A stretch of 63,859 nt of DNA, filler included, from Corallochytrium limacisporum Hawaii (Eukaryota; Protista; Pluriformea), in assembly GCA_002811645.1 (NCBI GenBank). It is 6 parts of 6 records of this genome, joined end to end, with 100 filler letters (N's around TTAATTAATTAA, not from the genome) between each part and the next. Parts side by side here need not be neighbours in the genome. Positions count along the whole stretch, not along the records: positions 1 to 28,191 come from PDIP01000015.1; positions 28,292 to 48,154 come from PDIP01000019.1; 4 more parts are not named here. One strand, 5' to 3'. Shown piece after piece: positions 23,782 to 34,700 of the stretch. The notes under the pieces are model-generated. The model did no database searches. It was not told where the DNA came from and saw nothing but the letters and a program-made list of their open reading frames with translations. Numbering within the stretch: position 1 is the stretch's first letter; every line of letters begins with the position of its first letter. The position numbers and the translations under genes were made by a program.

Positions 23782-24879
23782 TCAGAATCCAAAGTCCTCG
23801 ACGCACTGTTGGCAATGAAAAGATGCTCTACACTGGCACAGGTTTGCTCCTTTCCTCGCCGGCTCCGAAAATCGCAATTTCAACGTCGGACTTGTCAATG
23901 CCTGGGCAAGTCTGATTTGCCTCGTGCAAACGGATAATTTGCGGTCCGGGGTCATTTGCGGCGCGGCAGTTGTGGATTGAGTGGACCAGACCATAACAAA
24001 GTCCCTTGCGGGATTTGCACTAACATATTTCATGCCACAAGTGTTAGGCACCAAAACGTCATCCACAGTAATTAAACCGGTCCATTCGAATGCGATCCTG
24101 GCGACGTCTCCTAGGTCCGGCACGGTAACTGTCATGGTATCCTGGCCTTTGCAACTGTTGATCATGTTTGTGGTGTTAAATTGAACAATATCACCGGCCA
24201 TCATGTCGTTTAAAGTTGGATCCGGAGTCAACGAAGACGCAGCAAAGCCATTTTGAACAAAAGTGGTGGTTACGTTGTAGTCCTTTAATCCATTCTCCAC
24301 CTCAAGTGTACCAAAAACAAACCCTGAATTCAGTATATACTTAGCATCCAGTGCCGGTACGCCACCACATTCGTTGTAGAGAGCAAAGTAATCCTGGGAG
24401 CAAACAGACAGCTCGGTGGCAGGATAGGTGCCTTGGTTTTCCTGGACAATTGTGGTGTCACTTCCGGCTATGACAAGGTTGCCCAGCTGTTCCATGCTGG
24501 TAATGACCGGAAAGCACAAACCGGACTTGTACGTCAACATCAGCTCCATAGTGGCCTCATATCCGTTGATTGTGAAATCAAGTTCGGCAGCTCCATCACA
24601 GGTGGTGGAGTTTGCTAGATCACTGTCGAATGTGAGACTGCGAGTGTAAGGAGCAACTGGCTGTAGCATATTAAGAGTGCAAGTCTCTACGCCACCGTCT
24701 TGCTGAGAGCAGCTGTCGTACTCCCCTTCACCAGCGGCTGTAATGAGAGAACCAGAGGCCTGCACCATGAGAGGCCAACTGTAGTCTGTGCCATTCGTAG
24801 TCGCACCCTGAGCAATCGTCACGGCGCCTACAACTCCGCCACTTGAAACCATTGCAGACATCCCAGACATCCCAGACAT
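23782..24879 (-). CDS. Hypothetical Cys/Thr-rich extracellular-like protein (365 aa), subtelomeric
   Basis: Long ORF with acidic Thr/Gly/Cys-rich composition and N-glycosylation sequons (NGT, NST, NVT, NTT). AT-rich TTTTATA element upstream. No family recognised. Confidence 0.65.
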   Translation of the reverse strand: MSGMSGMSAMVSSGGVVGAVTIAQGATTNGTDYSWPLMVQASGSLITAAGEGEYDSCSQQDGGVETCTLNMLQPVAPYTRSLTFDSDLANSTTCDGAAELDFTINGYEATMELMLTYKSGLCFPVITSMEQLGNLVIAGSDTTIVQENQGTYPATELSVCSQDYFALYNECGGVPALDAKYILNSGFVFGTLEVENGLKDYNVTTTFVQNGFAASSLTPDPTLNDMMAGDIVQFNTTNMINSCKGQDTMTVTVPDLGDVARIAFEWTGLITVDDVLVPNTCGMKYVSANPARDFVMVWSTQSTTAAPQMTPDRKLSVCTRQIRLAQALTSPTLKLRFSEPARKGANLCQCRASFHCQQCVEDFGF

Positions 24880-25913
24880 ATGATTCTGTCGCCGATTTAT
24901 TGTTCTTCACTTTCTTGCTATTCGCATATGATATTTCAAGTATAAAACTTCAGCGTTTGTGAGGGTCAGCGGCTTCTGTCCACTTTAGTACCTACAAAGT
25001 GGGCGAACAAGTGGTTCCCGGGTTCACAGAAAACCAACAGGAAAAATGTTTCCCATCGTGACTTGTCATGTCCTGTACAGTTGGAAACGGGTGCAGCATG
25101 ACCTAAGTGCCAAATTCCGACTAACTAAAAATCAAGGACTCAGATGCGCTACAAATTGGTGACCTGACTGTGACCTTGTGATGCACCGGAGTTGGTTATC
25201 CAGCAGCATGCGGATGCTTTCCCCTCGGAAATCCTACCGTGGCCAGATATTTTCGATCGTCTGTGCTCTTTTTCTGTACTTTACAAGGGTTTAAGAATGA
25301 GGATGATGAAAGTAAGTCAGCCGTTCCGTGTCGTTTAGGCTCGTCCGAGCAAATTCTTAGCAAAAGGGCCCGCAAAATTACCTGCGTTGTTGCACTGGTG
25401 GTCCTTGATAGAGCAAATTGCCGGCCCCGGTGGAATTTCATCAAGTTTATCTCCAAGCATCGGCGATAAGTAACATATCCATTGCCCTGTGTCGCTATTC
25501 TCCCCTACGGCAAGCAAGACCTGGTATTGACGTTCGTGCATGTTAAACACCACAGAGAGGGCCCAGGGGGCGTGCGTGAGTCAAATACTACAGAAAACCA
25601 TACAAATTCTAACTCTCAATGGGAACCACGTTCTGCGAAAACGGACAAAATTGTCCACCGTTTCTTCGATACCGTTCCTTGGCTGAGAGTTGAGTATGAA
25701 GATTACTCCTGAATTCGGAGGAGTCCACGCTAGGGTCAAGGTATTGTGCCCATTACCCATATACACAATGACGACATCCTACAATGAATTTACATTGAGT
25801 CTTCTTTAACGGGACCTTAGCGACGAACGCGATTCCGAGTGGGGTGAATTACTGTCTCGGGCTCTTCATTTCAGCGCAGAGGTTGGCCAGGAAGGGTGTG
25901 GAACTCGTTATAG

Positions 25914-25933
25914 TCAGGGTTAGGGTCAGGGTT
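25914..25933 (+). repeat. Degenerate interstitial telomere-like repeats (TCAGGG TTAGGG TCAGGG TT)
   Basis: Same orientation as the terminal TTAGGG tract about 2.2 kb downstream. Confidence 0.5.
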
Positions 25934-28168
25934 TGTTGTCCACGAAGAGGAGCATACCTCTTTCATGTTCGGATCACACTCTCCACGTGCGACCAATACC
26001 CCACCCTCCCCCTTGTACTGTGCATGTTCCCCGGGTCCCTGGCAACATCAGTGTGCTTCAGAAATCGTCTACGTGATGGTCGCCATCTCAACTCCAACAC
26101 ATCGGCATACACTGACAAACTGTTGTGTTTGGAGTACCACATGCCAACCTTTGGGTTCACCATGGGAGCAGTAAGCTTCCTTTTCCGGCAAGACCAGCGA
26201 AGCTTTATGTTGCAGTAAGATTTGCGATATACCACCGGGGTAGGTTCGATCCATGTATAGTGTGACCTTCTCGTGGCATGGTCAGCGTCACAAAAAAGTG
26301 TTTTTTGTTATTGTACGACATCGCACGACGTGGTACGAGAATTCGCCACACAATTTCCTTCCATTTGACTGACATTTCTTACAGTGGGGATATATTTATG
26401 TCCTTAGTGAATCTAACAGGTTTCGAGTGGCAAGATCGGAACTAGTAAGTGATACCACTGTCTTCATAGTGATTTCCTATCGCATTTGGAATATCCAGCG
26501 GTGACTGACCTCGCGCACACGTTTCTTCCTTTGAGCCTTGAAGTTCCAACCATTGGACGAAGACTGAATGGCCGCTGGCAGGCAGGTTTGTGTCTGCGTG
26601 AGACCAGGTTATTCAACTAAATTCATCTCCAGACCTACCATAAAGTCGTACATTAGATCTCCAGAATTGCTTCTAGGATACGAAGGGTTGCGTGTCTCAA
26701 TGTCTAGATCATGTTTTCGAGTGGTCAGGAAAGCATCGAATGGGGCGGCCATTTCCTTGTTTCCAGAGGGTGTCGAAGTAGGATACTATTTATGCCTTGT
26801 ATTCGTCGGTACGGGCATGTGATTTTCGGTCTCAAAAATGGTAGGGGCATCAGATGTGCATACTCTACTTACGACACCAGGAGAGACACTGATTTAGCTA
26901 ATCGTGACGTCGGCACAGTAAATCGCCTTCACCACTGGGAAGGTACCCATCGAGGGCCCCCCTCCCTTCCGGTGCTTAGGAACGTGCACTCTCGTTCTCT
27001 CGGTGCCTATTGGTACCACCCTCTGTCTGGTATGTCAGGGTCAAAACTCCGAAAAACTTGACTCCCGAGGATCTTTTTCAATCTTGATTGTATAATAATT
27101 TATATTGATTGTATTCTATTTCATTATATTTTGCTCTTTTTAACAATCATTTACAAATATTTCAATAGCTGATTCAAACGAAGAGTCCCTGCTACTCTCA
27201 AAAATGGACTATTTTGACTTTGGCTTGACATTGAACACATCGTAGTCGTACAAAAAAATTAAATATGAGCATCTATTACCACCATGACTTGAACCAATTT
27301 CTTGTGGACCACCATGTCCCATTTGATGCGAAAAAACTTGTGCCTGAAGAAATATTGGGGATTGATATACCTGTCCGACAATGAATGAATGAAAACATAT
27401 TTACACTACGGAAATCCATTCTTGATCTGTGAAACGAAAGTGAATGACATTGAAATTTCAAATACTGGAACCAGTGGGTCAAGCATTATACGAAACAATG
27501 GAGTTCATCCTTGTGGGGTTAAGGAGAAACTAACATAATACCGCATACGTAGATATCAGATGAGTTGATCGAGTCTTGGGGATTATAAGAGTTACCGCTG
27601 TCTGCACGCAGATGTATGAGGGGACAAAATAAGATTCGGTGGAGAGCATTCTAACCATTTGCCCCCGGGGGGGGGACATTTATGGAACGGAGAGTCCGGC
27701 GTGAGAACGGCAATGAGAGGTCAGCCACACACAAAACTACTCATACAAGGCGGTACTCAATTGTATCAGACTCCATCCGTACTAAAGACGATGTTCATCA
27801 GCATAAATGTCCCGTTCATCGCGTCAGGATCTTGGAAGATGGGATCTGATCAGGTATTTAAAGATCGACTTTAGACAGGATCACCGAAAGGAATATAAAA
27901 CCAATGTAAGGAAATTCTTGTAACGTCATCTGCAAACAGTTGTTTAAAATGAATTCTACTCACCTTGCTCTTCTAATGACCATGATCCTCGGAGCCGCTG
28001 CTGCTCCCAGCATCTGTGAATCCGAATCCGAACTTGGTTGTGCGACATATTGTGACATTTTGATCGGTGTTTCCTGCCATGAAGGCAGCGACGGTTGCTG
28101 GAATTGTTCTTAACACGAATAAAAATATTGCACTGCACTCATGCTCACCATTAACGAACCTGTTTTGA

Positions 28169-28191
28169 TAGGTTAGGTTAGGGTTAGGGTT
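28169..28191 (+). repeat. Start of a telomeric (TTAGGG)n tract at the contig end
   Basis: TAGG TTAGG TTAGGG TTAGGG TT runs into the N linker, with the G-strand pointing outward. Confidence 0.75.
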
Positions 28192-28291
28192 NNNNNNNNN
28201 NNNNNNNNNNNNNNNNNNNNNNNNNNNNNNNNNNNTTAATTAATTAANNNNNNNNNNNNNNNNNNNNNNNNNNNNNNNNNNNNNNNNNNNN
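28192..28291. other. Artificial contig linker (44N + TTAATTAATTAA + 44N)
   Basis: Six-frame stop linker, identical at all five joins. Confidence 0.98.
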
Positions 28292-28707
28292 TTCGTGGCG
28301 GCGTAGATGGTGACCCATCCATCCGATCGCTTTCAAACACAGCTGTATGAGTCATGAGCAATCATCACATTTCAATGAATTCGCTCGTTTTCTCATAATT
28401 CTCTTCCAAAATTCAAAGATGTCACGTCAAAGATTCCCTTTTTTCGATGATGGATTATGCCATCTGAAGTACCACAACGACTGGTTGTCAAAAAGGACGA
28501 GTGAAGAGGGTGCGGGAAAAGGGCGGGAAGGGGAAGAAATCAAGTGTGACAAGATTTATTTGATTCAAAGAAGGTTGCGACCCTATAAACCTAAATTCCT
28601 CCTTAACTTATGGGGCAGAGGTTGGTAGGTAATTGTACAAAGTGCGAAAGCTTTTCTTTAATTCAATCTTGGGTAGGTAGTAGTCCGGTGCAAGTCGGCG
28701 ACTCTTT

Positions 28708-31700
28708 TCATTCCTTAGCCATTGCGGTAATGAATTGACTGACTGGGCTGGCGGATGGGGACGACCTGCTTCGGCCACCGTTTTGGCGCTGAGATTTCGG
28801 TGAAGAGCTTTTGGAGATCTTCTTCAACATGTCGACGCTGTCATCGTCGCCCATTTCGTTGTGGTTCTCGAAGGGATCATCAAAGTTCCAGCGACCGGCG
28901 CTGTAGGTCTGCAAGTGGCGACGGGGGGAGTGAATGGAGTAACGAGTTTGATGCTGGGACAGGCTGTCATTGGCGGTAGTGGTGCCATTAGACAGACTAG
29001 GAACAGACAGCTCTTTCTCCGAAGTCCTGGTGCTCCCATCGTTATGAGAGGAACCGCTGTTGTTCATTTGGTCGATGTCCCAACGAGGTGGCGTCTCGGA
29101 TTGGCCGTCGCCATTGCTGAATTGGCTTGGTGTCTCGTGTGCTTCGGCAAACTCATCATCGTCTGCCTCAGGAATGCCGACCTTGTAGGGCGAACTCATG
29201 GCGCTTCCAGTCTCCTGCACCTTGATGCCCGGAGCCGCGAGATGGTTGCTTGCTAGATGAGACCTTGCTGCACCCGAAGGCCTATCCAGGCCTCGCTCGC
29301 GACTGCCAGCGCGGCTCGCTGGCCGACTCGATGCGGGCGACGCGCTGCGGGAATTGGCGTTGGCCATGCGACGATAGTTGGGTTGGGCCTGTTCTTGCTC
29401 ATCGACCACCTGCACAGTCGGGCCACGCAGGGCATTGCGGCTGCCTTCATACACGCGGGTCAACAAAAGGATCAGTTGCAGTGGAGCACTGATGATGTAA
29501 CTGATGATGGACCACAGCAAGTAGTTTTGCGAACCCTTGCCAGTTTCCACAAAGTGCCTGATATCACTGATGCGAGTTTCCAAGCTGTGCATAATCTTGC
29601 GTTTGTCTTCCTGGCTTTCGTGGTATCGTTCACGCATCTGCGACAACAGCTGTTCCCGTACTTCCTTTATAGCTTCTTCACGCTTCCGACTCTCACGCTC
29701 GATGGCTTCATTGTTCTGGCGCATGCTGCGCCGCATATCATCGTTGCGATCCCTTAGTTCCTTAACAACGGCAGCGTGGCGCTTCGCATCCTTGGCAGTC
29801 TGTTTCAGCATCACAGACTGCTCTACCAGTTCCTTTGACAACCAACGCACCCGCTCCTCCAGCTTGCGCCTTGCTTCAGCCTCTTCCTCCAAGCGATCGA
29901 GAAGAAGGTTAAACGCCAGCGTTGGGTTGGGCACAGCTTGATCATCTTCGCTGTACATCGAACCCATGGAGTTGCGCATGTTCCGAGGTACCTTGGAGAT
30001 GCTGCCTGCACTACCGTCTTCAGTCCCTTCCTCGTCGCCACCGTCCCGGAAGCGAACGGTTCCCTGGTCACCTATCCGATTGACTTGGTCGTCGACGTTC
30101 CCACCGTTGCGATCAGACGCATCGTTCTTTTCCGGTGGGATCTGACCTCCACTGCCGTGGCGCAAGCCACTTGGAATATACACCACATTGCCATCCTTGT
30201 CCATTTGCACCAATAGATCACCGGCGGAGGTATGTGAGGGTATAGGGTGCTTGCCACTGTAAGTCGTGTCGCTGGCTTGTGTAGCCAAAGAACCCAACTT
30301 AGACCGTCCGCTGAACTCGCTGGCTTTCGTGTCCGTGTGTGTATAGTCCTGAGTATCGGAATTATCCATGTCCTTGCGATCACCACGGTTGAGGGCAGAC
30401 TTGAATGGCTGGAAAACGGCCCCCTTGAACTGAGCCAGTTTGTCGCCAGTGTACTCCTTGAGTTCCTCCTTCATGGTAGTACGACCATGCAGACAGTTTT
30501 CTATCCGAACCGTGTACTCATCGAGTTTTGAACGCATTTTGTCCAAATTCTTACGGCTCAAATTGATCTCCGCCTCCATTTTGTTGCTTGCAGTCTGGCC
30601 AGGAACGGCGCGGTAGGCTGCACTCATGGCCTCCATTGCTTGTAGTTGTTGTTGCTCGCGTTCAATCTTGTGGCTGAGACTTTCAATCTTGCGCTGCAAT
30701 TCGGCAATGCGTTGTACTTCTCTTTCTTCCCTACGAAGAGCTTCCGCCTGTTTCATTTCCTTCCCAGTGGTTTCCGCTGCGTCCTTGATTTCTTTCTCCT
30801 TCTGAGCCTGTGAGCTCATTTGGGTCTTCACAAGACCTCCACGAACGCTATAAGGGGCGGTAGCAGTGGCCATAGAGTCTGTGGTGACGCCCGTGGCGTT
30901 CGAGTCCATGCTACCCCGCAGCTCTGCCACCGTCAAATCAAGCCCCCCAAGCCGGCTGTCCTGGCCCATGGTCTTTGCACGCATACGACTGACACTACGG
31001 AGCTGATTTCTGTTTTCCGTGGACGCAGACATGAGGGTGGCGGGTGTAGACAGCTCGTTTTCCTGACCTTGGAATGCTACACGGTCAGTGGGCGGTGCCG
31101 CACTCGCACTGCGTGTAGCGTTCTCCAGGTCGTCGAAATCGTTGCCAGAAGAACGGTCAAGTTCACTATCATCGAAGGTATCTCCATGGGCGTTTCGGGT
31201 GAGGGGCTTCCGAAAAACGGACAAAGGACCAAGTGAATGTGTGGGTCTGTCCTTGGCATCAAGTTTGGCCCGTAGAGACTTCTTGACCTGTACGGACTCT
31301 GGCCGACGCGGTGCAGTGTCGCCTAGGCTAATTTTCCTCACGCCGCCTCCATTGAACCCTGACGCTGCTTTGATGCTTCGAACGGGGGCGGATCCTGTGG
31401 ATTCAATTGACTGACGAAGCACAGGTTCCTGAAGCTCAGAAAAGGGGTCAATGTCTGAATGCGCACTGGCTGTGGTGGCTCTGCTCTGTCGTGTTTCGTC
31501 TTCGTTGGCTCCTGTTGATGCCGAACTGAGTTGCTGTCCTGCACCACGGAGACTACCTCCTCCGGATGCCCGTGAAAGGCCTCGCGGGGAAACAGCGGGT
31601 GATTCGGTGGATGACCTGGTTAGAGACTTCTGCGCGGCTGCCGCCGATGTGCTCCTCTGTCCCGGTCCCAATAGAGACGGTTTTTTGCCGTCATCCAGGT

Positions 31701-31728
31701 TGGGAACTAACCCGTCCTGGTTTACCAT
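28708..31728 (-). CDS. Coiled-coil protein with an HR1 (CIP4/TOCA-like) domain and a hydrophobic segment resembling the TMCC/TEX28 family (1006 aa)
   Basis: HR1-like RIAELQRKIESLSHKIEREQQQLQAMEAMSAAYRAVPGQTASNKMEAEINLSRKNLDKMRSKLDEY. A second coiled coil ends LETRISDI and is followed by hydrophobic YLLWSIISYIISAPLQLILLLTRVY. Ser-rich disordered ends. Confidence 0.8.
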   Translation of the reverse strand: MVNQDGLVPNLDDGKKPSLLGPGQRSTSAAAAQKSLTRSSTESPAVSPRGLSRASGGGSLRGAGQQLSSASTGANEDETRQSRATTASAHSDIDPFSELQEPVLRQSIESTGSAPVRSIKAASGFNGGGVRKISLGDTAPRRPESVQVKKSLRAKLDAKDRPTHSLGPLSVFRKPLTRNAHGDTFDDSELDRSSGNDFDDLENATRSASAAPPTDRVAFQGQENELSTPATLMSASTENRNQLRSVSRMRAKTMGQDSRLGGLDLTVAELRGSMDSNATGVTTDSMATATAPYSVRGGLVKTQMSSQAQKEKEIKDAAETTGKEMKQAEALRREEREVQRIAELQRKIESLSHKIEREQQQLQAMEAMSAAYRAVPGQTASNKMEAEINLSRKNLDKMRSKLDEYTVRIENCLHGRTTMKEELKEYTGDKLAQFKGAVFQPFKSALNRGDRKDMDNSDTQDYTHTDTKASEFSGRSKLGSLATQASDTTYSGKHPIPSHTSAGDLLVQMDKDGNVVYIPSGLRHGSGGQIPPEKNDASDRNGGNVDDQVNRIGDQGTVRFRDGGDEEGTEDGSAGSISKVPRNMRNSMGSMYSEDDQAVPNPTLAFNLLLDRLEEEAEARRKLEERVRWLSKELVEQSVMLKQTAKDAKRHAAVVKELRDRNDDMRRSMRQNNEAIERESRKREEAIKEVREQLLSQMRERYHESQEDKRKIMHSLETRISDIRHFVETGKGSQNYLLWSIISYIISAPLQLILLLTRVYEGSRNALRGPTVQVVDEQEQAQPNYRRMANANSRSASPASSRPASRAGSRERGLDRPSGAARSHLASNHLAAPGIKVQETGSAMSSPYKVGIPEADDDEFAEAHETPSQFSNGDGQSETPPRWDIDQMNNSGSSHNDGSTRTSEKELSVPSLSNGTTTANDSLSQHQTRYSIHSPRRHLQTYSAGRWNFDDPFENHNEMGDDDSVDMLKKISKSSSPKSQRQNGGRSRSSPSASPVSQFITAMAKE

Positions 31729-34700
31729 TTTGTCCTGTATCTTGTTCTGTATGTTGGATGCGAAAGACCTTCGACGCCCGTGCGTCTAAAGTCTTTCTCT
31801 CGGTGCTACTGAACAATTAAAGCCTTACTGGGCCTTCGCGTTTGCCAAGTAGGCTTGTCAAGAAAAACCGGATAGTCCTTTTCCTTTCTGATGTATTCCT
31901 CTTCAAGTTTTCATTATTCGCTGTTATCTACTGTACACGTTCTACGAGGATTTCCTGTCAATGTAAAATATTGCGGTTAATAATCTCTGTCTGGAAATAG
32001 CTTCTAGAGGCACCTTAGGACTATACCCTTAAACAATGCCCAGCCTATTGCCAAGTAAAACAAACCACAAAAAGTCAACCCAACGAAAATGATTCATATC
32101 GGAACGTGTATCAAACACCAGATAAAATGATAAAATTCATCACAGTATTCCAATGGGCTCGTAATGTGTCCACATCCCTTTTTGTTTGCAACAGACTAGA
32201 GAACGCCGACCAAGCTCTGAGCAACCCACCCCATCCATATTCCCCACCCCACTCCCCCTTCCATCCTTCTCATTCCCCCTTCCCTTATGTCCTCAACCTT
32301 CCGCCGGGTCTCCCAACTCCAGGCATTGAAACACTATGGCCCACCGACAGTCCCCGTTCTCCCACTCGGCCCGACAACACCACCCACCACCCATCCCCCC
32401 CCCTCACTCTTTTTGCCGGCGCCACTCCGGTTCTACCCAACCAGAGAGGGTCGCGACGGGAACCAAAGCAAACAAAAGGAAAAAGAAGGGGACTGCCGTT
32501 CTGATAACGAGAAAAAAAAATGGGACGGAAGATAAAAGAAAAAAGGGGAGAGGGACGAGAAAGAAAAGAGTAATGGAACATCAAGGGGCACCAACACACA
32601 CTCAACACACCCGCACAAACCCTTCCCCGGTCGGGCCCGAGTGTAGCGCTACCTATCTCAGTCGGAAGCTGGTCGTTTGCGATTTCTTCTTCCATTTCAC
32701 TCTCCGCCTTTCCCCATCCCAGCCTCTTCCCCGTCGGGGGCCGTCACCTGCCATTTTCTCTCCACCCAAGGACCTCGCCCTGTGGGGAAGGGATTTCTCT
32801 TTTCGTTCCGCCAGTCGAATATTTAGTACAAAAGAATAGAGCTCTGTTTCGTATCTTACTCCTCTTCTATTTCCCTTTCGTCCCCGTGTTGACTTTTGGG
32901 GTATGCGTTGACGACCCCGTCCCTCCCTTTTCTTCTTTACCTGAACTGGAGTCTGATTATTTTTCCATACAAATACCATACCATTCCCCAGCGTCTGTCT
33001 TTGGAATGCAAACACAGAGTTTTACGGAATACTGTGCGATTTAAATGGAACCGAGAGATCTCTCAATAGTCAGTGGAGGAACCCTCCGGGGTTGAAAAAT
33101 TTTCTCCGTGCTGTCCGATGTTTCCCCATTTGATGGCGCCGTCCCCCCTTTCGTGGCGCGATGCGTACTCACTTTCACCATCTGCGCAGTTAAGAGACAG
33201 GGACAGACGGAGAATGATAGATATAGAGGGGAAAAAAGGAATACCGTGTCACGAATTTTTTGCCATGCTGGCCATATGCTTATACCGGGGGGACAACCAA
33301 GGCAAGGTATCCGTAGGGTATGTGCGAAGGCCCGCGGACGCCGAGTTGGAAAAAAAAAGAAAAGGGGAAACCGAGTTGAAGAAAAACGGAATACAATCAG
33401 ACGTTGACTGGGTCGCGCACGGTTCTTGCTGCTATCAAAATATCACTTATCTTCTTGTCTGCAACTGCAAAGATTTTTCCATCTCTGCAGATTGAGATGG
33501 AAGTGAGAAAGACTTCCCCCAGGACGGGGGACCGTATTCGACTGGATATGTACGAGGGGAAGGATGTCGTGACGGGTCAAAACACCCAGCACGTTACCGT
33601 CCTAACGAACAAAAGGAAAAAAAATCAACGCTGGGAGGGAGAGGGAGAGAAGAAACAGCCAAGAAAGCAGTGTGAGGTCGGCTGAATTAGAAAATGAACG
33701 AACCGACCGTGTGCGGCATGCAAGAAGGGGTTCATGAACAAATAGCTCACGCGGTGGTTGCTGTGTGACAGCAGCACCAGTGTCGGCGAACAGTTGCCCT
33801 TTCACGCTGTCCTTACCCCCAAGCATTGCCTCGTGGAGTACGGAGCGGGTTGCGGTAGATAGGGAGATTTGATGGGTCGGTCGCTAGAGGTGCAACGATG
33901 GGGATACAAATTCTACCGTCGGCATCTTCGAATTCGCCGCCCTCCGATGTCTTCAAACTCTGTAGCCTTTTAGCGGCCATCTCCAACGACCGTCTCTGCC
34001 TCCCAATTCCTGGGAATGGTGAATGTCTACACGTATTGTAATTTCTTGCGACGTTTTTTCTTGTGCAAAAGGGAGGAGCCGGCCCCACATTCGCTCACGG
34101 CGGACCTTGGTGCGGGTATATTGAATATATTGGAGAACGGACCTGTGATACTTTACACAGCACGACTGGTTTTTGTCGCAGTAGTGCCAAAGAAAAGAAA
34201 AAAGAGGGGAGGGGCGTTTCTCATTCCGTTCCTCCCGCTTGCCGCTTCCCGGGTTTCTGCATTCCACAGTGTGCGTAGGATGCCAGAGTTTATATAGCGA
34301 ATGTTCTGGATACTGCGCAAAGGTCGTTGGATCACGTACCGGCAAACGGGTCAGCAAATTAAATCAACATAGAAAGAGGACAGGATCTGAAAGTGGCACA
34401 TGGAAACCGTTGCGCCCATTGCACTGCCGCACCCAAAAGAACGCCAGTAGTAGGTAATTTTTACTGAGGCGGCCCGGACTAATTTCTCATGCCGCTGCAC
34501 AATGCAGCAAAAAAAAAAGAGTGAGGAGATCAGCCGTGATTATTTAAACTATTCATCTGAACGTTTTAATAATGCTTGGTACACTATGACTGAAGAAAAT
34601 GTTTCTGTTCGGTCAAGGTGGGGGAGGTGGAAGGGCCAGGGGGATGGGGCTGTTGCTTGTGGCAATGCACCATATTCTTTCAACCACCACTCCGGCGGTA

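Noticed and set aside
28236-28247. Palindromic TTAATTAATTAA repeated five times
   Set aside because: Always centred in 44N+44N, so it is an artificial six-frame stop linker and not a biological site.
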